DNA from: Paramoeba atlantica
Taxonomy: Eukaryota; Protista; Discosea
Direction: 5' to 3'
Length of the DNA: 64,000 nt
Assembly (NCBI GenBank): GCA_977017575.1
Contig: CDRNVI010000036.1
Span: forward strand, 62,001 to 126,000
Positions 55,229 to 64,000 of the stretch are shown here, piece after piece. Numbering within the stretch: position 1 is the stretch's first letter; each line of letters begins with the position of its first letter. The position numbers were made by a program, and so were the translations under genes. The notes under the pieces are model-generated. The model worked only from the letters and a program-made list of their open reading frames with translations, was not told the DNA's origin and did no database searches.

Positions 55229-58162
55229 CTACCACGAGAACCACCTGACCCTTTGCTTCACCGAAGGAGCCCCAAACTGGGCTAGCATCGCGGGTAGGAA
55301 CAACAGGCCATGTAACCCGCCCAATACAATAATCGCGAGATACATACGAAAATAGTAAATACGAAACACCAAGCTGGGGGAGAAGTTCAACACGCAAACG
55401 CCTAAAAGCTTTGTCAGCGTGATCCCACAAAACACATTCGTGCCGACATCAACCATGGTGCGCCGCATACGCTCGCCCGCACTCCCCCGCACCAGCTGAT
55501 ACCCCATCGCCATGTGCACACAGAACTCCACCGAGATCCCCACGGCCATGACCAAATTCACCACGCTGATGGCATTAACCCGTACCCCCCAGAGGGACAT
55601 CACCGCGACCAGGTCGACCAGAATCATCACCAGGGTCAGCAGCACGAACACCGTGGTGCTGAGCGAGCCGAGCATGGCGAAACTCACCAGGGCGGTCACC
55701 GTGAGTGCCGTCCCGACGTGCCACCCCGCGGTGTTCGCGAGGCTCTCGTACTGGGCGTAGTAGAGAAAGTAGATGGAGTAGGGGAACACGGTGAAGGCGT
55801 TGCCCCCGTCGGTTTCGATTTCGTGGTTGAACCAGCGTGTGGCGTTGTGCGCGGAGAGAAAGCTACCGATGTAGTCCTCGCTGGTGGTGAGTTTCGTGGT
55901 TTGGGTGCGGATCCGACTCCCGCGAACGCACTCGGTGGTGTTTTTTGGTAAGCCAGAGGGATTGTCGGATTCGGACAACAGATAGACGTGGTGGTCATGG
56001 GTGTCGGTGTAGCACTTTCCAAAATCAATCTCCGAGGTGTACTGGAATCCGCAGATTCCGGTATTCCCCTCCTGTCCGGTTTCTCGGTCACGTGAGAGAC
56101 AACACTGGGGGGAGTCTCGAAATTGACGCAGCAGGGAAGGAAAGTCATCCGGGGGGATATAGTCCGCCATCATGGTGTAGGGATCACACTGAAAGTAGGC
56201 AAAGAGATCAGCTTCCGGGTTACCCGGGACGGTGTAGTTCACACAGCCGTTTCCTGGACGAAACTCAGCCACCGTTGCATTCGCATTGTGACAAAGAAAA
56301 CGACGAAAATCAGAATACCAGAAGGCCACAGATTGGGGCACCACAAAGGGGGTCTCGTTTTGTAGCACAGAGTTCAGCTGGCTAAGGTGGTGTATGGTAT
56401 GGGGGTCAGTGTAGTTGATGGCGCGCAGTCGTCCTGTGTGATCTTTCTTGGGTTTGTTTACAAAGTAGAGCGGGGGTCCACTTTGACCATACTTTTCGTA
56501 ATTTACAAAAAAGTCCATCAGATAATGATTCTCTGGGACAGGATCTTTGATATCCAACCCGAGTTTGGCCTGAGGTATTCCGACTAGAAGAAGGACGCAA
56601 GACAGACTAAGGAAAGCTATAATAATAGCGGTTCGGATGCGAAGGCTTTCCAAAATGTAAGGGCAATAAATTTTTCTCATAAACCGTCGCAATATCACGC
56701 CGATTCCCCAATAGTTCCTATCCAACTCCTCTTCTATGTCTTCCTTTTCTGTAAACGGAATCTGACGAAGCTCAGTGGTTTCTTCGCTGTCATCTTTTCC
56801 TGGGGGCAAACACGGTATCTCACTTGTTCTACGTTCAACACGTAGCGCGTCCATGGTTAGTATAGCAATAAAAACGGTCAACTGCAAAATGAGATTTGAC
56901 CCGATAGAGGCAGCGCTATAGAAAGAAAAGGCGCGTACTGCGGGCATCGACGTCAGCCCCCCTAAGGAGAATGCCAGAAATTCTGCCATTCCAGCAAGAA
57001 GCATTGTGCCCCCCACCTCTCCAACTGCTTTCGACATGACATCGATCACTTCTATTTCAGACAAGGTGCGAACTCCGCGCTCTGATTTGAGTCGCTGTGC
57101 AGCATTCCAGTACGCGCTACTAATGATAAACATGTTGTCTACTCCAATGGCCAAAACAAGAAAGGGGACCACATCGGTAATAATGAGCGTCAGAGACACA
57201 CCAGCAAAACTACACAGACCTGTGGCGAAAATCAGAGAGCATAGCACGAGAACAACCCCGCAGAAGGCGACGGCTGCCTTGCTGTGCACACGGTGGAAGT
57301 AACCCAGCGCACAAGTAATGTACAAAAACATGACAATATAAGAAATCGCAATGTTTGCCGCACTCGAACTTTCCTGTACCTTTAACGCATCTTGCACGGA
57401 GCGCTCGGACATGTAAAACACATTCACGAGCTCGGAACTCGCGGCGTAGGCCTCCATGAGTCGGACAAACACATCTCTTTCCCATTCCATAACATCAGCG
57501 AGGTAGCGCCCCTCGACACTGTTATTCAGGAGCAGAGTAACCATGGAGGCCCGGGCGTGAAGCCCCACATTTGTGTCCGCGTCCTCTTCGATATACTCGC
57601 CTCCAAAAACGGTGTAGTGCTGGACCGGGATGCCGAGCTCACTGAAGCAGTCACTGTGCAGTGCCGTCGTGCAGTAGTGAAAAAACCCAGGCGTGCCCCC
57701 CGGGAAGGTTTGTTCGACTTCTGAAACTTTCGTCGCGTTACCTTGGAAATAGGATAAAGGACTGAGTTCAAAACAACCTTTTCCCGGAATCATACGCCAA
57801 CAAAAGTCTCCGAGATTCTGTTTCCGGGAAGTCTTCTCGTTATGCAGCCGTGTGAGCCAGGTCCCTAACTCTTGTAGCACAGCTGCATTGGTTGTGGTGT
57901 TGTGCCCTTTCTTAGGGGTTAGAAGAATTTGTTCTGTACGATAAAAAGGGGAAAATGTCTCGTCGTATATTTTCTTCTCCTGCGCCACCTGGGAGTGAGA
58001 CTCCACCCAAAGCTTCGCGGGATCTTCCTCAAGTACCATAAAACGGATACCAATCCCAGTGAGTGCGATAATAGTAAGCGCGAAGGAGATGACCAGAAGT
58101 CGACGTTGCGCACAGGTACGCGCCAGGCGCGTCATACACGCGCGGACATAAGGCTCTAGCAT
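55229..58162 (-). CDS. Niemann-Pick C1/Patched-family sterol-sensing membrane protein
   Basis: EEDPAKLWV, FYRTEQI, PFLVLAIGVDNMF (SSD), GPPLYFV, and NLVMAVGISVEFCVH and GITLTKLLGV. Confidence 0.93.
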   Translation of the reverse strand: MLEPYVRACMTRLARTCAQRRLLVISFALTIIALTGIGIRFMVLEEDPAKLWVESHSQVAQEKKIYDETFSPFYRTEQILLTPKKGHNTTTNAAVLQELGTWLTRLHNEKTSRKQNLGDFCWRMIPGKGCFELSPLSYFQGNATKVSEVEQTFPGGTPGFFHYCTTALHSDCFSELGIPVQHYTVFGGEYIEEDADTNVGLHARASMVTLLLNNSVEGRYLADVMEWERDVFVRLMEAYAASSELVNVFYMSERSVQDALKVQESSSAANIAISYIVMFLYITCALGYFHRVHSKAAVAFCGVVLVLCSLIFATGLCSFAGVSLTLIITDVVPFLVLAIGVDNMFIISSAYWNAAQRLKSERGVRTLSEIEVIDVMSKAVGEVGGTMLLAGMAEFLAFSLGGLTSMPAVRAFSFYSAASIGSNLILQLTVFIAILTMDALRVERRTSEIPCLPPGKDDSEETTELRQIPFTEKEDIEEELDRNYWGIGVILRRFMRKIYCPYILESLRIRTAIIIAFLSLSCVLLLVGIPQAKLGLDIKDPVPENHYLMDFFVNYEKYGQSGPPLYFVNKPKKDHTGRLRAINYTDPHTIHHLSQLNSVLQNETPFVVPQSVAFWYSDFRRFLCHNANATVAEFRPGNGCVNYTVPGNPEADLFAYFQCDPYTMMADYIPPDDFPSLLRQFRDSPQCCLSRDRETGQEGNTGICGFQYTSEIDFGKCYTDTHDHHVYLLSESDNPSGLPKNTTECVRGSRIRTQTTKLTTSEDYIGSFLSAHNATRWFNHEIETDGGNAFTVFPYSIYFLYYAQYESLANTAGWHVGTALTVTALVSFAMLGSLSTTVFVLLTLVMILVDLVAVMSLWGVRVNAISVVNLVMAVGISVEFCVHMAMGYQLVRGSAGERMRRTMVDVGTNVFCGITLTKLLGVCVLNFSPSLVFRIYYFRMYLAIIVLGGLHGLLFLPAMLAQFGAPSVKQRVRWFSW

Positions 58163-58626
58163 GATGTTGGAGGTCGCACAGAAATATATACTAGCGTGAA
58201 CGTGTGGGCGGAATCATAAAGGGTTTCTTACTGCAAAATTAAACACTGTGTGTGTAGTCGCATGAATTGCATATTTTGCGTGATTTTACTGTATTTACGG
58301 TATTGTAACGTTACCCCTTTAGTTATTCAAGGAAGTAACCAAAAGACTTCACGTGCATATTAAAAAAAAAAGGGGGGGGGGTGCATATTAAAAGGGGTCA
58401 TGTAATCTAGTATTGTGCATAGAGATTGAAGCTAGGAATGCGAACTAGGGCAAGTATAGAGACTTAGCAGCAAGTTAAAGGACAGAACACCAATTTAGAT
58501 TGGTTCCTCGAGGATTCTTCGAAATCTTGATATTCTTCAAGAAAACAAATTATGCTACATTTCTAATTCGTTCAAAGCAAGTGAAAATAACTAAACAGGT
58601 ACGAAAAATAATTTTTTCAAGTTGTG

Positions 58627-59304
58627 CTAGGACGGGATCGTGCTGATGATCTTTGATTCAAATGCGCGCAAGGCATTGCAGCACTCACATCTCCGTTGTT
58701 TCTTGCAGCTATTATAAAACGTACAATGTGTACATTCCCATATATCAGATTTTTCTTCCTGTGATACTGTGCTCTTTTTTTGACATATTTCTTTCATGAC
58801 ACGCTTTACGGGACGGAAGCACTCGTACTCTTTGATTTCACGACAAACTACTGCCGTATTGCAACTAGACTGTTGAAACCTCGAGCGCACACAAAAATAA
58901 GAAACCGGTGAAGGCAACAGAAAGTCAGAAACCTGTCTTGGAAGAATAAATTCCACTATTTCCTTCTCAATCGCGTCGTCAATTAGTGTCGATAGTGAAG
59001 GGCTCGGATCCGAGTCACCGGAGCGAGACACGACACCATGATATATTTGAGACGCCAAGGCAATCCATGTTTGTTGATTTAACGTATTCTTCGCGGATAT
59101 GTCAAATTGACTTCCTGAGGGCGTATGAGGAACAGCACTATTATCAGGTGGACGCGACGATTCCTTTGAGCTTTCGATCGATTCAGAACAGAGTAGGCAG
59201 GAAGAAACTGCAGGTCCGTATACCGTCCCACAAGCACTACACGTGTGAAGGACAGAATATCCGAATTGCAAGGGAATTGAGAGAGCAGTGTTCACAGTTT
59301 CCAT
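58627..59304 (-). CDS. Hypothetical protein with RanBP2-type zinc finger(s)
   Basis: WECTHCTFYN...CECC at the C-terminus, and CSAC...CLLC at the N-terminus. Confidence 0.6.
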   Translation of the reverse strand: METVNTALSIPLQFGYSVLHTCSACGTVYGPAVSSCLLCSESIESSKESSRPPDNSAVPHTPSGSQFDISAKNTLNQQTWIALASQIYHGVVSRSGDSDPSPSLSTLIDDAIEKEIVEFILPRQVSDFLLPSPVSYFCVRSRFQQSSCNTAVVCREIKEYECFRPVKRVMKEICQKKSTVSQEEKSDIWECTHCTFYNSCKKQRRCECCNALRAFESKIISTIPS

Positions 59305-59545
59305 AGAGTTCAAAGTGTAATAAAAAAAGAAGCAAAGTCGGTCAAAGTGAAGGATTATTGCGCCTTTTTTGAAAAAAATAAATGAAGTTTTTTTTTGGTT
59401 TATGGGCCGCTATTACTTATTTCTTTTGATTTCGCTTCTAGAAAGCTGAGTCTTCACATTAATTAGAGATCTTCGCACAGCTGTTTTAAAGGATTTCCCT
59501 CGCTATTTCCGATCTTCAGATCATTGACGACTTCTCCGCTGAACT

Positions 59546-59800
59546 TTAGTCTTTCTTTCTTTCTTCATCAAAGCACACAAGGGTCCCATTTCCATGGGAT
59601 CGTACTGCCCTCTTGAGCATCTCATTCATGCGTTCAACAGTGTTGGAGTGTACCAAAGATCGTTGATGATTAACTGTCTCATGCCGCAAGCCGTTTCCCA
59701 GCGAGCGACTCGTTCGCCAGCAATCAGTGCGGGTTACGGTTCGGTTTCCAGCACATAACTTAGTTAATTGTGTTGTTGTGCGCAGTTCATAGTGATAAAC
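59546..59800 (-). pseudogene. Merlin/IS1595 transposase C-terminal fragment
   Basis: TVTRTDCWR...HETVNH...VHSNTVERMN. Confidence 0.75.
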
Positions 59801-59933
59801 CGTGAAAAAAGTTTGTATTTTTAATAATCTGACACACTCTAAAAGAAAACATACTCGTTTTAAACCAATATTTGAAATATATATAAAAATATAATTTTGG
59901 CGCAATAGTGCTTCACTTTCACCGCAAAGTCTG

Positions 59934-60372
59934 CTAGGTGAGTACACCTAGGTTAGAGTAACAAACAAGAAGCACAAGAAACCAGAGACAAGAATGTACA
60001 GAACTACCTGTAATAATACCTTGTAATACTACAATTGTATATTTTTTACTATGAAGGTAAATAAAGGTAATAAATTTATCTTCCTTAGGTAAATGAAGGT
60101 TAATCTTGTAGACAGTAATAAGAAAGGATTTCTCTTTTTGCCGCATTTTCTGAGTCATACGCGATGGACGATACACACCACTCAAGTTGGGATTCTATGA
60201 AAGACCCAGTAAGATTTAAAGAGTACAGCCCGCCCGGTTCGCCTGAGTCAACTTCATCGGAGAAATGATTCTTGATGCTCATGCCTTCTAATGAGTCGGG
60301 GAGCTGGGTAAAAATTAACTCTCCTCTTAAGCTGTTTGAACCAACGTCGAAGCGATTCAGCGTCACGGGCAT
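59934..60372 (-). pseudogene. LRR-family gene remnant
   Basis: FDVGSNSLRGELIFTQLPDSLE fragment, with frameshifts. Confidence 0.55.
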
Positions 60373-60396
60373 GAATGTACACTTAAACGTGGCCCA

Positions 60397-60975
60397 TTAT
60401 CCCTGTGCTCTCTGCCTGATCTCATCTAAAGAAGCCTTCATTTCCTCTTCGGAAACTAATTTAGGAATAATATACGTAATCCCCAAGGACACAAGCATCA
60501 AAAGAACAAGAGGCTGTCGTAAGAAACTTAAGGGATCCCACAGAGGGGTTTCGTTCGCATAGCTGATGCGACTTTCGGGCTGAAATGGTACAAGAATGTT
60601 ATGCAGAGTTGTACTGTCGCCACGCGACTCGTAAAATGTACTATACGTGCCATTGTTTATGACAATTCGAATTCCCGAAGGCGCCACTTCTACGCGATAG
60701 ATGGAAAATCGATGTGTTGGTGTACTGATGAACACTCGATACGAGTACCCTTCTAACAAATTCCACAAGATAAATGAACCGTCCTCTCTTGGTAGGACAA
60801 TTTCATTGGTAGGGAAGATGTCAAGTTTGGTTTCTTTCAATTCACTTCTAGAAAGCCCGGTAACAATGCCTCGAAGTGCGTGCGGATGAGCAGCTTGTAA
60901 GTTCGCCTCGGATTCAACTTTCTCTTGGGTAAGCACCGACATCACGCAAAATAATCCATAGCGCAAGCTGAACAT
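60397..60975 (-). CDS. EMC7: ER membrane protein complex subunit 7-like
   Basis: Signal peptide, DGSFILWNL..YSY, and a C-terminal PLSFLRQPLVLLML..IIPKL transmembrane segment. Confidence 0.75.
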   Translation of the reverse strand: MFSLRYGLFCVMSVLTQEKVESEANLQAAHPHALRGIVTGLSRSELKETKLDIFPTNEIVLPREDGSFILWNLLEGYSYRVFISTPTHRFSIYRVEVAPSGIRIVINNGTYSTFYESRGDSTTLHNILVPFQPESRISYANETPLWDPLSFLRQPLVLLMLVSLGITYIIPKLVSEEEMKASLDEIRQRAQG

Positions 60976-61223
60976 GATGAAACGTCCAAAAAGTTCAGAG
61001 ATTCTTTTAAGAAAAGCTAATAAGACTATAAAATTGTTTTCTCGGACGTAATGAAAAACTCAATAACATTGTACTTGACTCTCAATCTCTTTGTGACGAG
61101 TGATGTAACACATTTATTACATTTCTTTGAGTACGGCGTTGTGCGAAAGTACCCCCTATCTGTAAACAGTGATGAAACCTAGTCCTAATAAATGTCGATA
61201 ACGGACAATCAAGAATATCCGCA

Positions 61224-61487
61224 TTAATCTTCCTTCGTAGTCTGTTCTTCATCTAGATGGCGGAGAAAGAAACGGGACGTGTAAATAAAACATAGCAAAA
61301 GCGCTCCGAAACCTGCCATAGGCCACCGTAACTCATGTACTTTCCACGTAATGACACTGGTCACGAACCAAAAAATGAAAAGGGCATATGTAGTGAGATT
61401 TAAGAGAACTCGCACTCCCGATTTGGCATGCTGCGCTGAACCTTGAGTTGTTATGTGTTCGATCACTCCGTTAAAGAAAGACGCCAT
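61224..61487 (-). CDS. Small two-TM protein, PKR1 (V-ATPase assembly)-like
   Basis: MASFFNGVIEHITTQGS start, two hydrophobic segments and an acidic/basic tail. Pattern resemblance only. Confidence 0.5.
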   Translation of the reverse strand: MASFFNGVIEHITTQGSAQHAKSGVRVLLNLTTYALFIFWFVTSVITWKVHELRWPMAGFGALLLCFIYTSRFFLRHLDEEQTTKED

Positions 61488-61807
61488 AGTCGTAGTATGG
61501 ATTACGAAAAGATGACAATAAGAATAAGAATTACAATGCGACATATTTATGCGACAGACCGTGTTTCATACACATACTACACCACAGTATGGTGTAGTAG
61601 CATGGCGTAGTAGGTATGGTGACTATACAATACCCCACACCTTATAACCACTGATTAGAAATCTCCTGGAGAAATAGAAATAATTTTCCCTATCGTTATC
61701 CAATGCTACTCAAAATCTTCCGCTCAAGGGTATGTGCTTCTCCAAACAGAGAAATATGCAGGTGCCTGACTTCGCAACGAGTCAAGATATACATGTAAAT
61801 AGACATA

Positions 61808-62131
61808 CTGTGACCCCCCCTTTATACTTCGCCCATTTTGAGCAGTAACGAAGTATAAAGGGGGGGGGTCTGAATTTTTTCCCCGCTGTAAAAAAAAGTG
61901 TAAAAAAAGGCCGCGCCACTTCGCGGCGCGGCTCATCCTGTTTTCCAGTCTTTCCTTCTATATCACCTTCCATTTCTAGAAGGGAAGACTTAGAACGGTC
62001 TTGTTTTTTTCTAAATTTTTTAGAAAAATTACATTTTTTTAAAAGCAATCGCCCCCCTTTCGGAGGGAGCAAACGAAAAACGAAGTATAAAGGGGGGGGC
62101 TGACCAGCGAAGTATAAAGTGGGGGTCACAG
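61808..62131. mobile_element. TA-flanked MITE (CTGT termini), 324 bp
   Basis: TA|CTGTGACCCCCCCTTTATACTTCGC ... GCGAAGTATAAAGTGGGGGTCACAG|TA, with extra subterminal CGAAGTATAAAGGGGGGG copies. Confidence 0.88.
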
Positions 62132-62263
62132 TACGCAAATAAGACGTACATGTAAATAGCGGATGTATAACAACACGAAACATTAGCCTTCTTTATTGTC
62201 TCACCCGGTTTTTGTGGTCAATGAATCGTCCCCAGGAGTTACTACATGTGATATTCTCTTCAA

Positions 62264-64000
62264 TTACTTTTGCGACACCCACTCCTGGTGTAATGACACG
62301 AGGCAGGGAATAACACTCGGGTCAGCCAAGGTGGTAACATCCCCAAAGTTGTCCTCCTGTCCCTGTGCAATACATCGCAGTACACGTCGCATGATCTTAC
62401 CGGAGCGTGTTTTTGGAAGTCCCGGAGCCGGTTGAATTGCATCGGGTGTCGCAATCGGGCCAATCTTATCCCGCACTGTTTGCCTCACCGCGTGCACAGC
62501 CCCGGACGTGACCTCAACCCCGGGGACGAACGTTACGAAGGCGTAGATCCCCTCCCCCTTGATTGGGTGGGGAACGGACACCACCGCACTCTCCACAACC
62601 CCGTCATGGTGGTTAATGGCATTCTCCACTTCCCCGGACCCAATACGGTGACCACTCACATTCAAAACGTCGTCCACACGTCCCGTCACCCAGTAGTAGC
62701 CGGAATCATCACGACGGCAGCCGTCCCCAGTGAAATAATACCCCGGGAACGGCTGGAAATAGAGCTCCGTGTACCTCTCGTGGTCACGGTGAATCGTGCG
62801 TCCTTGGCCCGGCCACGGTGCGCGTATCGCAAGATACCCCTCACCGGGGCCCTGGAGTTCCTCCCCGGCCGCGTTCAGAACCACAGGCTCAATTCCAAAG
62901 AACGGCAACGAGGCGGACCCGGGCTTCAGTTCGGTGCACCCAGGCAATGGCGTAATCATAATCCCCCCCGTCTCTGTCTGCCACCACGTATCCACCAAGT
63001 CACACCTTCCGTTCCCCACCTTGTGATAAAACCACTCCCAGGCGGCCACATTAATCGGCTCCCCCACGGACCCCAGCAACCGCAGCGACCTCCGATGTGT
63101 TTTCTCCAGAAACCCATCCCCTTCCCTCATTAACGCCCGTATCGCGGTGGGTGCGGTGTACAGAATACTCACCGCGTACCGATCCACCACCCGCCACCAC
63201 CGCCCGGGGTCCGGATACAACGGCATCCCCTCCAGCATCACACTCGTGGCCCCGCACAGCAACGGTCCAAACACCCCGTAGGTGTGGCCCGTGATCCACC
63301 CCACATCCCCGGTACAGAAATACACATCGGAGGGCTCGCTCTTGACATCAAAGATGAACCGAAATGTGGTCCCGGCATAGACCATGTACCCCCCGGTGGT
63401 GTGGACAACCCCCTTCGGCTGGCCGGTACTCCCGGAGGTGTAGAGCATGAACAGCGGGTGCTCCGACCCCACCCAGTGGATGTCAGCTGTCCCCTCCCCC
63501 CGGTGGGGAAGCCGATCGTACCAGCGATCCCGTCCAGCGGTCATCGGGACAGCCCCCCGGGCCGCAGCGGGGGCGCGGGAGAGGACCAACGTGTGGACAA
63601 ACCAATCCGAGGCCTCACACTCCGCCACGGCCGCATCGATGATGGGTTTGAGATTAATGGGTTTCGTCCCGCGGTGGGTGCGGTCCGCGGTGACGATAAG
63701 CCGGCTGCGGGAGTCGAGGAGACGACCCGCGACGGCGTGGGCACTGAACCCGGCGAAGATGACGTTACAGACGGCCCCGAGGCGCGCACAGGCGAGCATC
63801 AGAACCGGCGCCATGGGGGTCATGGGGAGGTAGGCCGAGACGACCTCCCCGGGGGAGACTTGGTAGTGCGAACGGAGCGCCCGGGTCATTTGGAGGACCG
63901 CCTCGTGGAGTTGGGCGTAGGTCCAGACCTCCGCCTCCGTCTCCTCGTTACCTTCCCAGAAAAACGCGACGCGTGACCCATTGCCACCTTCAATGTGACG
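62264..64000 (-). CDS. ACS: Acetyl-CoA synthetase (5' end beyond window)
   Basis: LYTSGSTGQPKG, DTWWQTETGG, YFTGDG, GRVDDVLNVSGHRIG and PKTRSGKIMRR. The frame is open to the right edge. Confidence 0.97.
   Translation of the reverse strand, partial: RHIEGGNGSRVAFFWEGNEETEAEVWTYAQLHEAVLQMTRALRSHYQVSPGEVVSAYLPMTPMAPVLMLACARLGAVCNVIFAGFSAHAVAGRLLDSRSRLIVTADRTHRGTKPINLKPIIDAAVAECEASDWFVHTLVLSRAPAAARGAVPMTAGRDRWYDRLPHRGEGTADIHWVGSEHPLFMLYTSGSTGQPKGVVHTTGGYMVYAGTTFRFIFDVKSEPSDVYFCTGDVGWITGHTYGVFGPLLCGATSVMLEGMPLYPDPGRWWRVVDRYAVSILYTAPTAIRALMREGDGFLEKTHRRSLRLLGSVGEPINVAAWEWFYHKVGNGRCDLVDTWWQTETGGIMITPLPGCTELKPGSASLPFFGIEPVVLNAAGEELQGPGEGYLAIRAPWPGQGRTIHRDHERYTELYFQPFPGYYFTGDGCRRDDSGYYWVTGRVDDVLNVSGHRIGSGEVENAINHHDGVVESAVVSVPHPIKGEGIYAFVTFVPGVEVTSGAVHAVRQTVRDKIGPIATPDAIQPAPGLPKTRSGKIMRRVLRCIAQGQEDNFGDVTTLADPSVIPCLVSLHQEWVSQK

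Noticed and set aside
62432-63976. Long plus-strand ORFs opposite ACS (similar ones opposite TFIIS, CAP-H, NPC1, EF-1alpha)
   Set aside because: These are antisense shadows of GC-rich coding sequence with no recognisable motifs.

Overview
This is eukaryotic DNA, almost certainly from a kinetoplastid and probably a Perkinsela-like lineage. EF-1alpha has the kinetoplastid [13 protein letters not shown] and ESPK signatures, every host gene is intronless and on the minus strand (one polycistron-like run), and a secreted-type LRR family is expanded. The flanks (1-5.7 kb, 38.6-64 kb) hold ordinary genes: RluA, PWWP-TFIIS, a DEAH helicase, an HMG-like protein, condensin H, COQ2, SPB1, DnaJ, NPC1-like, EMC7, PKR1-like and acetyl-CoA synthetase. 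About 6-38 kb is a nested transposon island containing three near-identical EF-1alpha(+LRR) units. From termini and TSDs I could reconstruct a complete Merlin (8-bp TSD), a hAT-like element with CATAC ends and an apparent 6-bp TSD, and a 908-bp Tc1/IS630-type element with an intact DD49E ORF. There are also pogo-like remnants, several TA-flanked MITE families, Hero/NeSL-like, APE-type and CRE-like non-LTR retroelements, and TATE/VIPER-like tyrosine-recombinase retroelement remnants. The best candidate for something new is a ~0.65-kb non-coding element family (3 copies). It carries tandem covarying hairpin modules and ends in a three-way-junction motif that also forms the 3' UTR of the CRE-like retrotransposon, which suggests a CRE-mobilised SINE-like RNA. 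All assignments were made by eye from motifs; no searches were run.
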